Positions 1 to 9,600 of a stretch of 38,974 nucleotides of DNA are shown here, piece by piece. Every line of letters begins with the position of its first letter. Position 1 is the first letter of the stretch. This DNA is from an uncultured Candidatus Saccharibacteria bacterium (GTDB taxonomy: Bacteria; Patescibacteriota; Minisyncoccia; Phycocordibacterales; UBA1539), in NCBI GenBank assembly GCA_964430255.1, contig CAYSEK010000001.1, positions 1 through 38,974 on the forward strand, written 5' to 3'. The position numbers and the translations under genes are program-made. The notes beneath the pieces were generated by a model, which did no database searches, was not told the DNA's origin, and was given only the letters and a program-made list of their open reading frames with translations.

Positions 1-25
1 TTGACTAATTTACAGTCAAGCACAA

Positions 26-58
26 GCGGTGATGGATTTATCCATCACCGCTTTTTTT
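26..58 (+). terminator. Intrinsic-terminator-like hairpin + T7
   Basis: 11-bp stem gcggtgatgga/tccatcaccgc, loop ttta, followed by ttttttt. In the partner repeat (3371-3390) the left arm is deleted. Confidence 0.55.
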
Positions 59-96
59 CTTACTCCGGATTTAACTCCGGAGTTAAATATGGAGTT

Positions 97-130
97 AAAA
101 ACAAGAGCCGGCGTAGCCGGCTCTTGTTTT
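97..130. terminator. Bidirectional hairpin terminator downstream of the rpoD fragment
   Basis: Stem aaaaacaagagccggc / gccggctcttgtttt, loop gta, with an A-run before and a T-run after. Near-identical to the terminator at 3423-3455. Confidence 0.6.
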
Positions 131-150
131 GTTTGTAGTTGTTCATCCAC

Positions 151-330
151 CTAGTAATTTTTTAACCTATCGGCCTTATCGTGTACGCGTATCTTCTCAA
201 GCGCTTTAGCTTCTATCTGCCTGATACGCTCTCTTGTAACACCAAACTCACTGCCCACCTCTTCCAGTGTATGCATCACGCCATCAACAAGCCCGTGTCG
301 CATCTCTAATATTTTTCGCTCTTTAAGAGA
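151..330 (-). pseudogene. Orphan 3' fragment of a sigma-70 (rpoD) gene, region 4 only, 59 codons + stop
   Basis: Hand translation: [59 protein letters not shown]. The intact RpoD C-terminus at 3511-3690 differs at 2 residues only (I->V, R->K). An in-frame stop lies 4 codons upstream of the homology boundary and there is no N-terminal part. Confidence 0.85.
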
Positions 331-390
331 ATGAGTGAATCATTCACAAGTGATGTTGTTGTTGCCTATTTTACCCACCACTTTTACGAG

Positions 391-418
391 ATGACAATAA
401 TCAAAATAATAGTATAGT
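391..418 (+). promoter_or_regulatory. Sigma-70-type promoter candidate for the ABC-F gene
   Basis: ATGACA (391-396), 16-nt spacer, TATAGT (413-418). ATG 421 lies 2 nt and ATG 427 lies 8 nt after the -10. No Shine-Dalgarno (SD) is visible. Confidence 0.4.
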
Positions 419-420
419 AT

Positions 421-1980
421 ATGTCTATGCTATCAGTACAGAAAATTACAAAAAAATATGACCACGGAATGATTTTGAATAATATAACCTTCTCACTTTT
501 AAAGGGCGAGAAGGTTGGTCTGGTTGCGCCAAACGGCACAGGTAAATCAACTTTACTTAAGCTTATTGCCGGAGAAGATAAATCAGACAGTGGTTCAATT
601 ATTTTTCAAAAAGGAATTAAAACTGTATACTTCCCGCAAGAAATGTGTACTGATATTTCAGTTTTACAATATCTTGAAAATACAGAAGAAAAAAATGACA
701 ATATCGCAAAATTGTTTAAAAAGGTTAGACTTGAGGATGTCCCATTTAATACCGCCATGAGTAAGCTATCTGGTGGTCAAAGGTCAAAAGTTTCTCTTGT
801 GAAAATATGTCTAACAAAGGCAGATATTTATTTACTTGATGAACCTACAAATAATCTTGATTTTACAACCCTGAGGTTAATGGAGGATTTTGTCGTATCA
901 AGTGGTAGTGCATTTATAATAATTTCCCACGACAGGGAGTTTTTAGACAGAACAGTTAAAAAAACATTTGAAATTGATGAATTTGATCATTCTCTTCGAA
1001 TATACAATGGAGGATACAGTGAGTACTTGAAACAACATGAAGCGCGAATAGTAAGAGAGTGGTCTGAATATGAAGACACCCGAAAGAAAAGTAAAAAGAT
1101 GAAAAAAGCTACTGATAAAAAAGTGGAAGATATCCGAAAGATTAACAAAGAAGTACGGAATAGGAGAAAACTCGCACCAAGTATTACAGACAAAAAAAGT
1201 AGAGCTGCTATCTTGGATCGTGCCGGTAAGATTGCAAGACAAGGTAAGGTAATAAAAAATAGATTGGAGTCGTACAACCTTGATGAAATTGAAAAACCCA
1301 AAAGCAGATTGCCACTTAAACTACACTTTAAAAACATAGAACCAAGTGGGATAAAAGTATTTTCTGTTGCAGGTATAGAGAAAATTACTGGCGATAAACA
1401 TTTGGGTCCAATTGACCTAAATATTCAATATGGAAATAGAGTACTTATACTCGGAGATAATGGAGTGGGGAAAACTACATTTCTTAAGATACTACTCGAG
1501 GAGATAACACCTGACAGTGGAAAAATAGAAAGGGGCACAAAGTTGAGGATAGGATATTTACCGCAAATGACGGGGAATGATCAAGATAATACAGCGTTGT
1601 CATTTTTTGTAAAACACGCACCGAATAAAGAGCAGAGTGATGCCCGTAAAATATTAAATCGATTTAATATTACTGACGAAGATGTAAAGAAAACATTAAG
1701 AGAATTAAGCCCCGGATTGAGGTCACGTCTTGTTCTGGCAACGATGATAGTAAGCGAACCTAACTGTCTTATTCTAGACGAACCTTCAAATCATCTAGAT
1801 CTTGAGGTTCTTGAAAAACTTGAAAACGCACTAATGCAATATACGGGCACTATTATTCTTGTATCGCACGACCGAAGACTTATCAAAAAAATAGACTTTA
1901 CAAAAATATACATTTTGTCAAACAAAGGGGCTTTTGAAGAAATTACGGGCATTGAGGAATGTATTAACGGAACTATGTAG
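421..1980 (+). CDS. ABC-F family ATPase (soluble, two NBDs; translation factor / ribosome-protection type)
   Basis: 519-aa ORF. Walker A GLVAPNGTGKST and ILGDNGVGKTT. Signatures LSGGQRSK and LSPGLRSR. Walker B IYLLDEPTNNLD and CLILDEPSNHLD. H-loops ISHDREF and VSHDRRL. No TM segments, and a ~90-aa K/R-rich linker between the NBDs. The real start may be ATG 427. Confidence 0.9.
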   Translation: MSMLSVQKITKKYDHGMILNNITFSLLKGEKVGLVAPNGTGKSTLLKLIAGEDKSDSGSIIFQKGIKTVYFPQEMCTDISVLQYLENTEEKNDNIAKLFKKVRLEDVPFNTAMSKLSGGQRSKVSLVKICLTKADIYLLDEPTNNLDFTTLRLMEDFVVSSGSAFIIISHDREFLDRTVKKTFEIDEFDHSLRIYNGGYSEYLKQHEARIVREWSEYEDTRKKSKKMKKATDKKVEDIRKINKEVRNRRKLAPSITDKKSRAAILDRAGKIARQGKVIKNRLESYNLDEIEKPKSRLPLKLHFKNIEPSGIKVFSVAGIEKITGDKHLGPIDLNIQYGNRVLILGDNGVGKTTFLKILLEEITPDSGKIERGTKLRIGYLPQMTGNDQDNTALSFFVKHAPNKEQSDARKILNRFNITDEDVKKTLRELSPGLRSRLVLATMIVSEPNCLILDEPSNHLDLEVLEKLENALMQYTGTIILVSHDRRLIKKIDFTKIYILSNKGAFEEITGIEECINGTM

Positions 1981-1987
1981 AATTATT

Positions 1988-2446
1988 TTATTTAAGAATT
2001 ATCTGACTTCCTTTGCTTTTCTTGTATGCTTTTTCTATTTGGCGTTTATTTAGATATAAGTATGATAAATTTGGATCGCAATAATGTCGCCCTGTTCGTA
2101 TTTTTCCACGATGCATCTCAAGAACAATAACAAGAGGAGTTCTGTATATTTCTTTTGTATCTGGGTCAGGATAACTTTCTACCATTTCAATCATCACAAC
2201 ATTTTTACCTTCGGCAATATTCTTAATATCATATTGGCGTCCTTTAATTTCATATATCTCTTCTGTACTTTGTTCATTGTGCATTGTGTCGGTAGGAAAA
2301 AGTTCTTTCCTTTTTGGTGTTTGGTGCACCCATGTCATCGTATAGTCTTTCGTGACTTTCTTAAGAGCGCTTGTGATATCACCGGCAATCTCATCCTTAA
2401 GAATTTTTAGCACCATTTGGACTTGTTTACTGTATTTTTTTTGCAT
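1988..2446 (-). CDS. NTF2-like / SnoaL-like fold small protein (tentative)
   Basis: 152-aa ORF. N-terminal helices (ILKDEIAGDITSALKKVTKDYTMTW) then beta-rich part ending VLEMHRGKIRTGRHYCDP, the pattern typical of SnoaL/NTF2-like cones. Convergent with the ABC-F gene, 7 nt apart. Confidence 0.55.
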   Translation of the reverse strand: MQKKYSKQVQMVLKILKDEIAGDITSALKKVTKDYTMTWVHQTPKRKELFPTDTMHNEQSTEEIYEIKGRQYDIKNIAEGKNVVMIEMVESYPDPDTKEIYRTPLVIVLEMHRGKIRTGRHYCDPNLSYLYLNKRQIEKAYKKSKGSQIILK

Positions 2447-2477
2447 GTTTTAATAATACATTAATATTTGTAAATAA

Positions 2478-2509
2478 AAAACCCTCTTACAAAATAGTAA
2501 GAGGGTTTT
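2478..2509 (-). terminator. Intrinsic terminator after the 223-aa gene
   Basis: 13-bp stem aaaaccctcttac / gtaagagggtttt. On the minus strand it is followed by a T-run (A-run 2474-2480 on plus). Confidence 0.7.
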
Positions 2510-2521
2510 GTGGGTTGATGC

Positions 2522-3193
2522 TTAGCCCACTGCACTTTTCTGCACATCGGAAGCCAAAGTTCCATACCCATTAAAGGCATAATAAACTTCAGTTGATATT
2601 AATGCAGAAGCAAGGAACTTCATCTGAAAGTTATTCCATGCAGTGTAGAGCTTTGCAAACTCAACCTTGAAGTTGTTAACTTGATTCATTTCTACAACTT
2701 CCAGTACGACACCTGCTTGCGCCGCTTTTTGAAGATCAGTAATTTTTTGCTTCAACATCGCGGTTAAATTACTAAGTTCGTGCACGTCATCCTGAAAATC
2801 ACTCAGCACTCCATAAAAAGTACAAGATTTCATTTTTTGTAAAATCTTGTTCCAAGTATCTTCGCTTAGCGCACCTTTTTCGGCAAGAGAAGCACCTATT
2901 GCAGGCAGGTTGATACGATTAAGCGTTGGCAAATCTTGGTATTTTTGAATATCCATTTCTGCACGAAGGTCTTGCATGGTTGCTTGCAGTGTTTGCAAGT
3001 GCTCTGATGACAGATTGAGATGTTTAAGTATATCATCAATATTGCCAATTTCATCATTGAGTTCAATGAGAAGCAAATCTTCAAGTGCAACATTTGCAAG
3101 TTGGAATTCTATAAACGCAAGACTTGCTGCACGAGACATAAGCGTCGAGATTGCCAGATATTTCCGACAAGGTTGATGATTTTGACCACCCAT
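2522..3193 (-). CDS. Hypothetical all-helical cytoplasmic protein, no recognisable family
   Basis: 223-aa ORF. AGGAG (3201-3205) lies 7 nt upstream of the ATG. It has its own terminator. No signal peptide or TM, no catalytic motif recognised. Visibly less AT-rich than its neighbours. Confidence 0.75.
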   Translation of the reverse strand: MGGQNHQPCRKYLAISTLMSRAASLAFIEFQLANVALEDLLLIELNDEIGNIDDILKHLNLSSEHLQTLQATMQDLRAEMDIQKYQDLPTLNRINLPAIGASLAEKGALSEDTWNKILQKMKSCTFYGVLSDFQDDVHELSNLTAMLKQKITDLQKAAQAGVVLEVVEMNQVNNFKVEFAKLYTAWNNFQMKFLASALISTEVYYAFNGYGTLASDVQKSAVG

Positions 3194-3350
3194 AATATTT
3201 CTCCTTTGCTTAAAAGGTAAAGTTGAACAAATTTGTCAATTGAGAATGAACAATCACTCCTAATAACACTATTACATAAAACATAGCAAAAAAACAACCT
3301 AAATTGGTAATGTATGACTACACCTTAAAAAAGAAGTGGATATGGCATTA

Positions 3351-3690
3351 TTGACTAATTTCTTATCCATCACCGCTTTTTTCTTGCTCCATATTAAATT
3401 CGGAGTTTACTCCGAAGCAAACAAAACAAGAGCCGGCTACGCCGGCTCTTGTTTTGTTTAAGTTTAACTACTGCCCCAGTAAAACATTCTACCTTCGGTT
3501 GTTATTTTACCTAGTAATTCCTCAACCTATCAGCCTTATCATGTACGCGTATCTTTTCAAGTGCTTTCGCTTCTATCTGTCTAATCCTCTCCCTTGTAAC
3601 ACCAAACTCACTACCTACCTCCTCAAGTGTATGCATTATACCGTCAACAAGTCCATGTCGCATCTCTAATATCTTTCGCTCTTTTAACGA
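3351..3690. repeat. Right copy of the ~340-bp diverged direct repeat (continuous with intact rpoD)
   Basis: See 1..338. In the 180 coding nt I count 28 differences by hand, affecting 23 codons, of which 21 are synonymous. Confidence 0.85.
3423..3455 (-). terminator. rpoD intrinsic terminator
   Basis: Stem aaaacaagagccggc / gccggctcttgtttt, loop tac, 55 nt downstream of the rpoD stop, T-rich after the stem on the minus strand. Confidence 0.7.
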
Positions 3691-4755
3691 AAGATCATCC
3701 AGTATTTCTTTTATCTGGTCTGAAAGAATCCTTCTTGAAGAATCCTGATCAGGAGAAAGTATTTTATCGTCGGCGATGAACTCTCCAAGAGTTGATTTGT
3801 CATCGTCATCACCGATAGGTTTTTCAAGTGATATGGTATCTTGATCGATCTTTTTAATTATATGGATTTTACTTACATCAAGACCCATCTCAGTAGCTGT
3901 CTCCTCGGGCAATGGCTCTCTACCAAGATCTTGCGCCAATCGCCTCGTTACTTGTTTGTATTTTGAAATAGTCTCAACCATGTGAACAGGAATACGTATT
4001 GTGCGTGATTGATCAGCAAGAGCTCTTGTTATCGCTTGTCTTATCCACCATGTAGCATAAGTTGAGAACTTATACCCTCTTTCCCATTCAAACTTATCTA
4101 CCGCTTTAAACAATCCTAAATTCCCTTCCTGTATAAGGTCAAGAAGTGTTAGGTCAGGACTTCTGCCTGCGTATTTTTTTGCAATTGAAACCACAAGCCT
4201 CAGGTTGGCTCTTGCAAGTAGATTCCTTGCCTCTTCTTCCCCTCTTTCAATTCTCTGAGCTAATTCTTTCTCTTCTTGTGCTACCAGCAGTGGATACTGA
4301 CCTATTTCTTTAAGATACATCTGGATTGAATCATGCCGAGTAGACCCCCTTGAATATGAATATTTTTTAGTTAACACTTCTTCCTCTCCAGCATCCAAAA
4401 GCCCCCCACTATCAAGTACGTCTATTTTATGATCACCAAATTTCGTATACAACACATCTAAAGAGACAATATCATCTTCTATATTTGGAAATTCTTTTAA
4501 AAGCTCATCATATGTTATAAAGCCTCGATCTCGCCCTTTTTTTACAAGAATATTCGCTTTTTCCTCAAAAGATTTTCCTTTTTTACGAGATTTTACAGTT
4601 TTTTTAGATTTAGCAACCTTCTTGACGGCTTTCTTAACAACTTTCTTTACTGTCTTTTTTGTCTTTTTCACAGGTGTTTTTTTAGCCACCTTTTTAACAA
4701 CTTTTTTTGTTTTAACAACTTTCTTTTTTGTTGTTTTTTTTGTACTTTTGGGCAT
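3511..4755 (-). CDS. rpoD: Primary-type RNA polymerase sigma-70 factor with lysine-rich N-terminal tail
   Basis: 414 aa. Region 1.2 [11 protein letters not shown]. Region 2 [37 protein letters not shown]. Region 3 IRIPVHMVE. Region 4.2 [20 protein letters not shown]. The first ~60 residues are K/V/T repeats. Confidence 0.95.
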   Translation of the reverse strand: MPKSTKKTTKKKVVKTKKVVKKVAKKTPVKKTKKTVKKVVKKAVKKVAKSKKTVKSRKKGKSFEEKANILVKKGRDRGFITYDELLKEFPNIEDDIVSLDVLYTKFGDHKIDVLDSGGLLDAGEEEVLTKKYSYSRGSTRHDSIQMYLKEIGQYPLLVAQEEKELAQRIERGEEEARNLLARANLRLVVSIAKKYAGRSPDLTLLDLIQEGNLGLFKAVDKFEWERGYKFSTYATWWIRQAITRALADQSRTIRIPVHMVETISKYKQVTRRLAQDLGREPLPEETATEMGLDVSKIHIIKKIDQDTISLEKPIGDDDDKSTLGEFIADDKILSPDQDSSRRILSDQIKEILDDLSLKERKILEMRHGLVDGIMHTLEEVGSEFGVTRERIRQIEAKALEKIRVHDKADRLRNY

Positions 4756-4793
4756 AGTATTAATTTTATTTATTCTTATAAAAAATTTAATGG

Positions 4794-6515
4794 TTATTTC
4801 AATTCATTTATTTTTTTTGAAATTTCCTGACATTTTTTCAACGTATCATTTATCAATTCAGTCTCGCCTTTATTCTCAGATATGCGAAGTTTTTCCATTG
4901 CTTCGGCAAGTTCTTCTTTCAGTGTCTCCTCTTCCATGTATTTCATAAGCTCATTGAACTCTTCGTCAATATTTTTCATGTCGCCGTAATAAACTTCTAC
5001 TTCAAAAATAAATTCTTTCTTATCATCTTCGTTCAAATCCTGCATTGTTTTAAAAGCATCTTCGCCAACAATATTTTTGTATTTTTCTTTACATTCTTTA
5101 ATATTTAAAATAGGCTCTTTGACCTCTTCTTGTAAAAAAATTAATCCAAGTATTTTTCTTTCCACCATTTCTTTCCTTGTGCCTTTTGCGCTATTGCTCT
5201 GCGTCACCGGCGGATTCGAGACAGTATCACTTTCGATATTTTTTGAAATGCTACGCAACTCCTCCCATATAGGTTCATCAGATATTCCAAGCTTCCGTGC
5301 AACCTCCGATACAAAATGTGCCTGATTTATTTTGTTCTTCAACCTGGCAATATAAGGCAAGACCATCTCGCCAACCTTAACACGAAAAGCTCTTTGGTCC
5401 ATATCTTTTCTTGAAAGAACATCCAAATAAAAATCAATTATATGCTGCGCGTCTTCTAGAATGTTTCCCCACTTGTCCTTATCTTTTAGAATAAGATCCG
5501 CAGGATCAAGCCCTGATGGCAAAAGAGCAACTCTTACATCAAACCCTAGAGACAATGCGATGTCTACTCCTCTTTTTGAAGCAGACATGCCGGCATCGTC
5601 AGGATCAAACGCAATAATCAAATTATCAGAAAGTCGCTTTATTAAATTCAGATGCTCGCTCGTAATAGCAGTACCCGATACGGCAACAGTATTTTCAAAC
5701 CCTGCTTGATGAGACATCAATATGTCCATTTGCCCTTCTACTAACACGCAAGATCCAGATCTTCTAATGGCCACCTTTGCTTTATCAAATCCATATAATA
5801 TTTTTGATTTATTATACAGACTTGTCTCTGGACTATTTACATATTTTGCTTGCTGTATAGAGTCAGACTTTTCGCCACTTGAATCAAATATCCTACCCGA
5901 AAAACCTACGACTCTCCCTGAGCTATCAAATATTGGAAACATTATCCGAGAGCGAAATCTATCATAATACCCCTTATCTCCTTTTATTGTAAGACCTGCT
6001 TTTTCAATGACAGCCTCACTGTACCCTTTTGTTTTCAAAGAATCATACAATGCGTTCCATTGATCTAACGCATATCCGAGTCTAAATTTCTTCGCGGTTA
6101 TACCAGTCAACCCTCTGTCTTTCAAATATAAGGCTACATCTTTTTGGACTTTTAAATTTTGTTCAAAAAAACGTGTTGCCTCTTCGAGTACGGCGAACAA
6201 TTTTTCTTTCTCTGACGTCTGCGCGCGATCTGTTCTCTTTATTTCAACCCCAGCCTTATCAGCAAGGACCTTGAGTGATCCTGAAAAATCAAGACCTTCT
6301 ATCTCCTGGATAAAACTAAAGATATCGCCACCCTTACTGCACCCAAAACAATGATATGTTTGACGAGATGGTGACACGAAAAATGAGGGTGTTTTTTCAT
6401 TATGGAAAGGGCAGCAAGCTTTAAGATTGCTGCCAGCGTTACCAAGCTTCAGATATGTTCCAATCACCTCCGTGATATCAAGTCTCTCTTTGATTTGTTC
6501 GACAGTAGATGACAT
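4794..6515 (-). CDS. dnaG: DNA primase
   Basis: 573 aa. CHC2 zinc finger [32 protein letters not shown] motifs VLVEGQMD and AFDPDDAG. Confidence 0.95.
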   Translation of the reverse strand: MSSTVEQIKERLDITEVIGTYLKLGNAGSNLKACCPFHNEKTPSFFVSPSRQTYHCFGCSKGGDIFSFIQEIEGLDFSGSLKVLADKAGVEIKRTDRAQTSEKEKLFAVLEEATRFFEQNLKVQKDVALYLKDRGLTGITAKKFRLGYALDQWNALYDSLKTKGYSEAVIEKAGLTIKGDKGYYDRFRSRIMFPIFDSSGRVVGFSGRIFDSSGEKSDSIQQAKYVNSPETSLYNKSKILYGFDKAKVAIRRSGSCVLVEGQMDILMSHQAGFENTVAVSGTAITSEHLNLIKRLSDNLIIAFDPDDAGMSASKRGVDIALSLGFDVRVALLPSGLDPADLILKDKDKWGNILEDAQHIIDFYLDVLSRKDMDQRAFRVKVGEMVLPYIARLKNKINQAHFVSEVARKLGISDEPIWEELRSISKNIESDTVSNPPVTQSNSAKGTRKEMVERKILGLIFLQEEVKEPILNIKECKEKYKNIVGEDAFKTMQDLNEDDKKEFIFEVEVYYGDMKNIDEEFNELMKYMEEETLKEELAEAMEKLRISENKGETELINDTLKKCQEISKKINELK

Positions 6516-6540
6516 ATAACAATGATATTTAATCTATTAT

Positions 6541-6572
6541 CCGAGTAAACCTCCTTTTTGTGGTTTACTCGG
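6541..6572 (-). other. 11-bp-stem hairpin between rpoC and dnaG (function unknown; no U-tract)
   Basis: ccgagtaaacc / ggtttactcgg with a 10-nt loop. Not followed by a T-run on either strand. Confidence 0.4.
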
Positions 6573-6625
6573 CATGTCTTATATATACTCTTTGAACAAG
6601 CATCGCATATTACATGCACAAAAGA

Positions 6626-9600
6626 TTACTCTTCTGTTTTTTCCTCATCTTCACCATCTTTAGATTCATCTTTTCCTCCCTTAAATCCTGTTCCTGCGGG
6701 GATGCGTCTTCCTATTATCACATTTTCCTTTAATCCTCGCAGAGTGTCTACCTTTCCTTTAACAGCTGCATCAATAAGTATACGAGTCGTATTCTCAAAC
6801 GATGCCGCAGACAACCAACTTTTTGTAGTAAGTGCAACATCTGAAATTCCTAAAACAACTGCATCAGCTTGCGCCTCTTCACCTCCCTCATCTTTAACTC
6901 TTTTGTTTTCTTTTACAAACTCTGCATACTCAACAACCTCACCTATAGCAAACTTTGCGTCTCCTATCTCTTTTATTTTTCTTCTGGAGAACATCTGCCT
7001 TATAATCACCTCGATGTGTTTCCTGGCGATAGATGCACCCTGAAGTTCATAAATCTTATTTATTTCATTGATGATGTAATTTTCAGCTCTATCTTTTCCT
7101 CCGTATTTAAACATCTCAGCTATATCTGCAGAACCATCGGTCAACAGGTCACCCTTTTTTATCTTGTCTCCAACTTTTACAAGTGACATTCTTTTTGGAA
7201 GAACATAATGTTCGATTTTTTCATTCTTTTTTGATTTTCCTTCTCCAACATCAGGGAGTACAACTATTTTCTTTCCCTCAGGAGAATCCTCTATCTCAAT
7301 CACTTCTCCGTCCACGCTACTAATAATAGCAGCACTCTTAGGAATACGCCTTTCAAACACTTCTTCAACACGTGGAAGACCTTGTGTAATATCTCCACCT
7401 ACTGAAGCAATACCACCTGCGTGGAACGTCCTCATAGTAAGCTGTGTTCCTGGCTCTCCAATCGCTTGAGCTGCAATAATACCTACAGCCTCTCCAAGCT
7501 TAATAAGCTTGTTTCTACCGGTATCAAGACCGTAACATGTCCTACATACACCATAAGACGATTTACACGTAAGAGGTGAACGAACATATGCTTCTTCAAC
7601 TCCAGCTTCTTCAATCTCTTGTGCGTCTTTTTTGTGCAACAGTGCACCCTTTTTAAAGATAACTTTACCTTTACTATCTACAGCATCTTTGCTCAATATC
7701 CTTCCACGAATATTTTTTGAAATAGGTATTTCAAACCCAACAAGATTTTCGGCAGTAACTCTTTTACCTTCTTTCTCCTTACAATCTTCTTCAGAAATAA
7801 TTGCATCCTGCGCAACATCTACAAGTCTACGTGTAAGATATCCCGCTTTTGCAGTATTAAGCGCTGTATCGGCAAGACCTTTTCGGGAACCATGAGTAGT
7901 AACAAAATATTCTATCGGAGAAAGACCTTCTTTTGAAGATGGGATAATCGGGAAATCGATAGTACGACCTGCTGTGTTCACAATAAGACCTTTCATCCCT
8001 GCCATCTGAACAATCTGCGAGATGGAACCCCTAGCACCAGAATTAAGCATGTCACTAACAGGACCATCTGGGTCTAACGTTGCTGGTATTACTTTTTCTA
8101 TTTCATCTTTTGCCCCCTGCCATACTTCTATTGTCTTTCTGTATCTTTCTTCTTCAGACAAAAGACCTTCTCCAAATTGAGCTGAAACCTCATCTGCTTT
8201 TTCTCTTGCAGCAGCAATAATACCTTTTTTCTCTTTTGGTACACTAACCTCATCAAGTGCCCAAGTAATACCCGACCTTGTAACATATTTATATCCAAAA
8301 TCTTTTATCTTGTCTAAAATTGCCGGAGTTGCATCAAATCCATAATATTCTATCATGTCATTTACTATGCCCGCCAATACTTTCTTATTTATCTCTCCGT
8401 TTATATATGCAAAATCTGAAGGCAAGACACTGTTAAAAAGAAGTCTCCCAACTGTCGTTTCAAAAGGCTTTCCTTCAAATTCTGCATACTTCGGACCATC
8501 CGTAGGAAGCACTTTGATCTTTGTTCTAAATCCAACTATATCAAAATCATAAGCAGTAATCGCATTATTGGGTGAAGGGAAAATTTTTCCCTCACCTTTA
8601 TCGCCATCTATAATCTTTGTCATCCAGTAACATCCAAGAACAATATCAAGTGATGGATTAACGATTGGCTCACCATTTCCAGGACCCAATAGGTTCTTGT
8701 TGGCAGCCATCAGCTCTCCAGCTTCTTTTTGCGCCTCCTTTGAAAGAGGAACATGTACCGCCATCTGGTCTCCGTCGAAGTCCGCGTTAAACGCTGAACA
8801 AACAAGTGGATGAACTTGAATAGCGTTACCCTCGATCAAAATAGGGTTAAACGCCTGAATTCCCAATCTGTGCAAAGTAGGAGCACGGTTAAGTAATACA
8901 TATTTATTTTCTATCACCTCTTCAAGAATAGCCCACACTTCTGGTTCTTTTTCATCAATAAGTTTTCCGGCACCTCTTATGTTGAAAGCTAGTTCTCTGT
9001 CAAGTATTTTTGATATAACAAATGGTCTGAAAAGTTCAAGTGCCATTTTCTTTGGTAGTCCACATTGATTCAATTTCAAAGTTGGACCCACAACAATCAC
9101 AGACCTTCCGGAATAATCAACGCGTTTACCAAGAAGATTCTGCCTGAAAAGACCTTGCTTCCCTTTCAAGGAATCAGCTAGGGACTTAAGAGCTCTTTTC
9201 TGCGCCTGACTCATTACAGTAGACTGTGTTCTTCTTATTGAGTTGTCTATAAGAGAGTCTACAGCTTCTTGCAGAATTCTTTTTTCATTTCGTAAAATAA
9301 CTTCGGGTGCTCCAATGTCTTTCAACTTTTTCAATCTGTTATTTCTGTTTATAACACGCCTATACAGATCATTAACATCTGAAGTCGCATGTCTTCCACC
9401 CTCAAGAGCAACCATCGGACGAAGTGCCGGTGGTGTTATCGGAATCACAGTAAGAAACATCCACTCCGGACGCACACCTGAATTAATAAGCGATTTCACA
9501 AGACTTATTCTTTTCTTGAGTTTAGGTTTTTCAACAGCACTTGCACCGTCAACTTTTGAAATAAGTTCTTCTAAAAGTTTTTCGAGGTTAAGTTTTTTAA

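Larger units (their letters stand above)
1..338. repeat. Left copy of a ~340-bp diverged direct repeat (intergenic hairpins + last 59 codons of rpoD); partner at 3351..3690
   Basis: Hand alignment shows the same order of blocks in both copies: ttgactaatt, atccatcaccgctttttt, a ctccgga/ttcggag hairpin, aacaagagccggc-N3-gccggctcttgtttt, then 180 nt colinear with the rpoD 3' end. Similarity stops at about 330-338. Confidence 0.85.

Noticed and set aside
1-3690. Diversity-generating retroelement (TR/VR pair) as an explanation for the diverged repeats
   Set aside because: Mismatches are not adenine-specific, and they are concentrated at synonymous third positions. No reverse transcriptase is present in the window.
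4576-4755. CRISPR-like or tandem-array interpretation of the repetitive DNA in the rpoD 5' end and the rpsP 3' end (20324-20641)
   Set aside because: The repeats are short, degenerate, in frame, and encode K-rich or E/K/P-rich peptide repeats inside long ORFs. There is no repeat-spacer periodicity and there are no cas genes.
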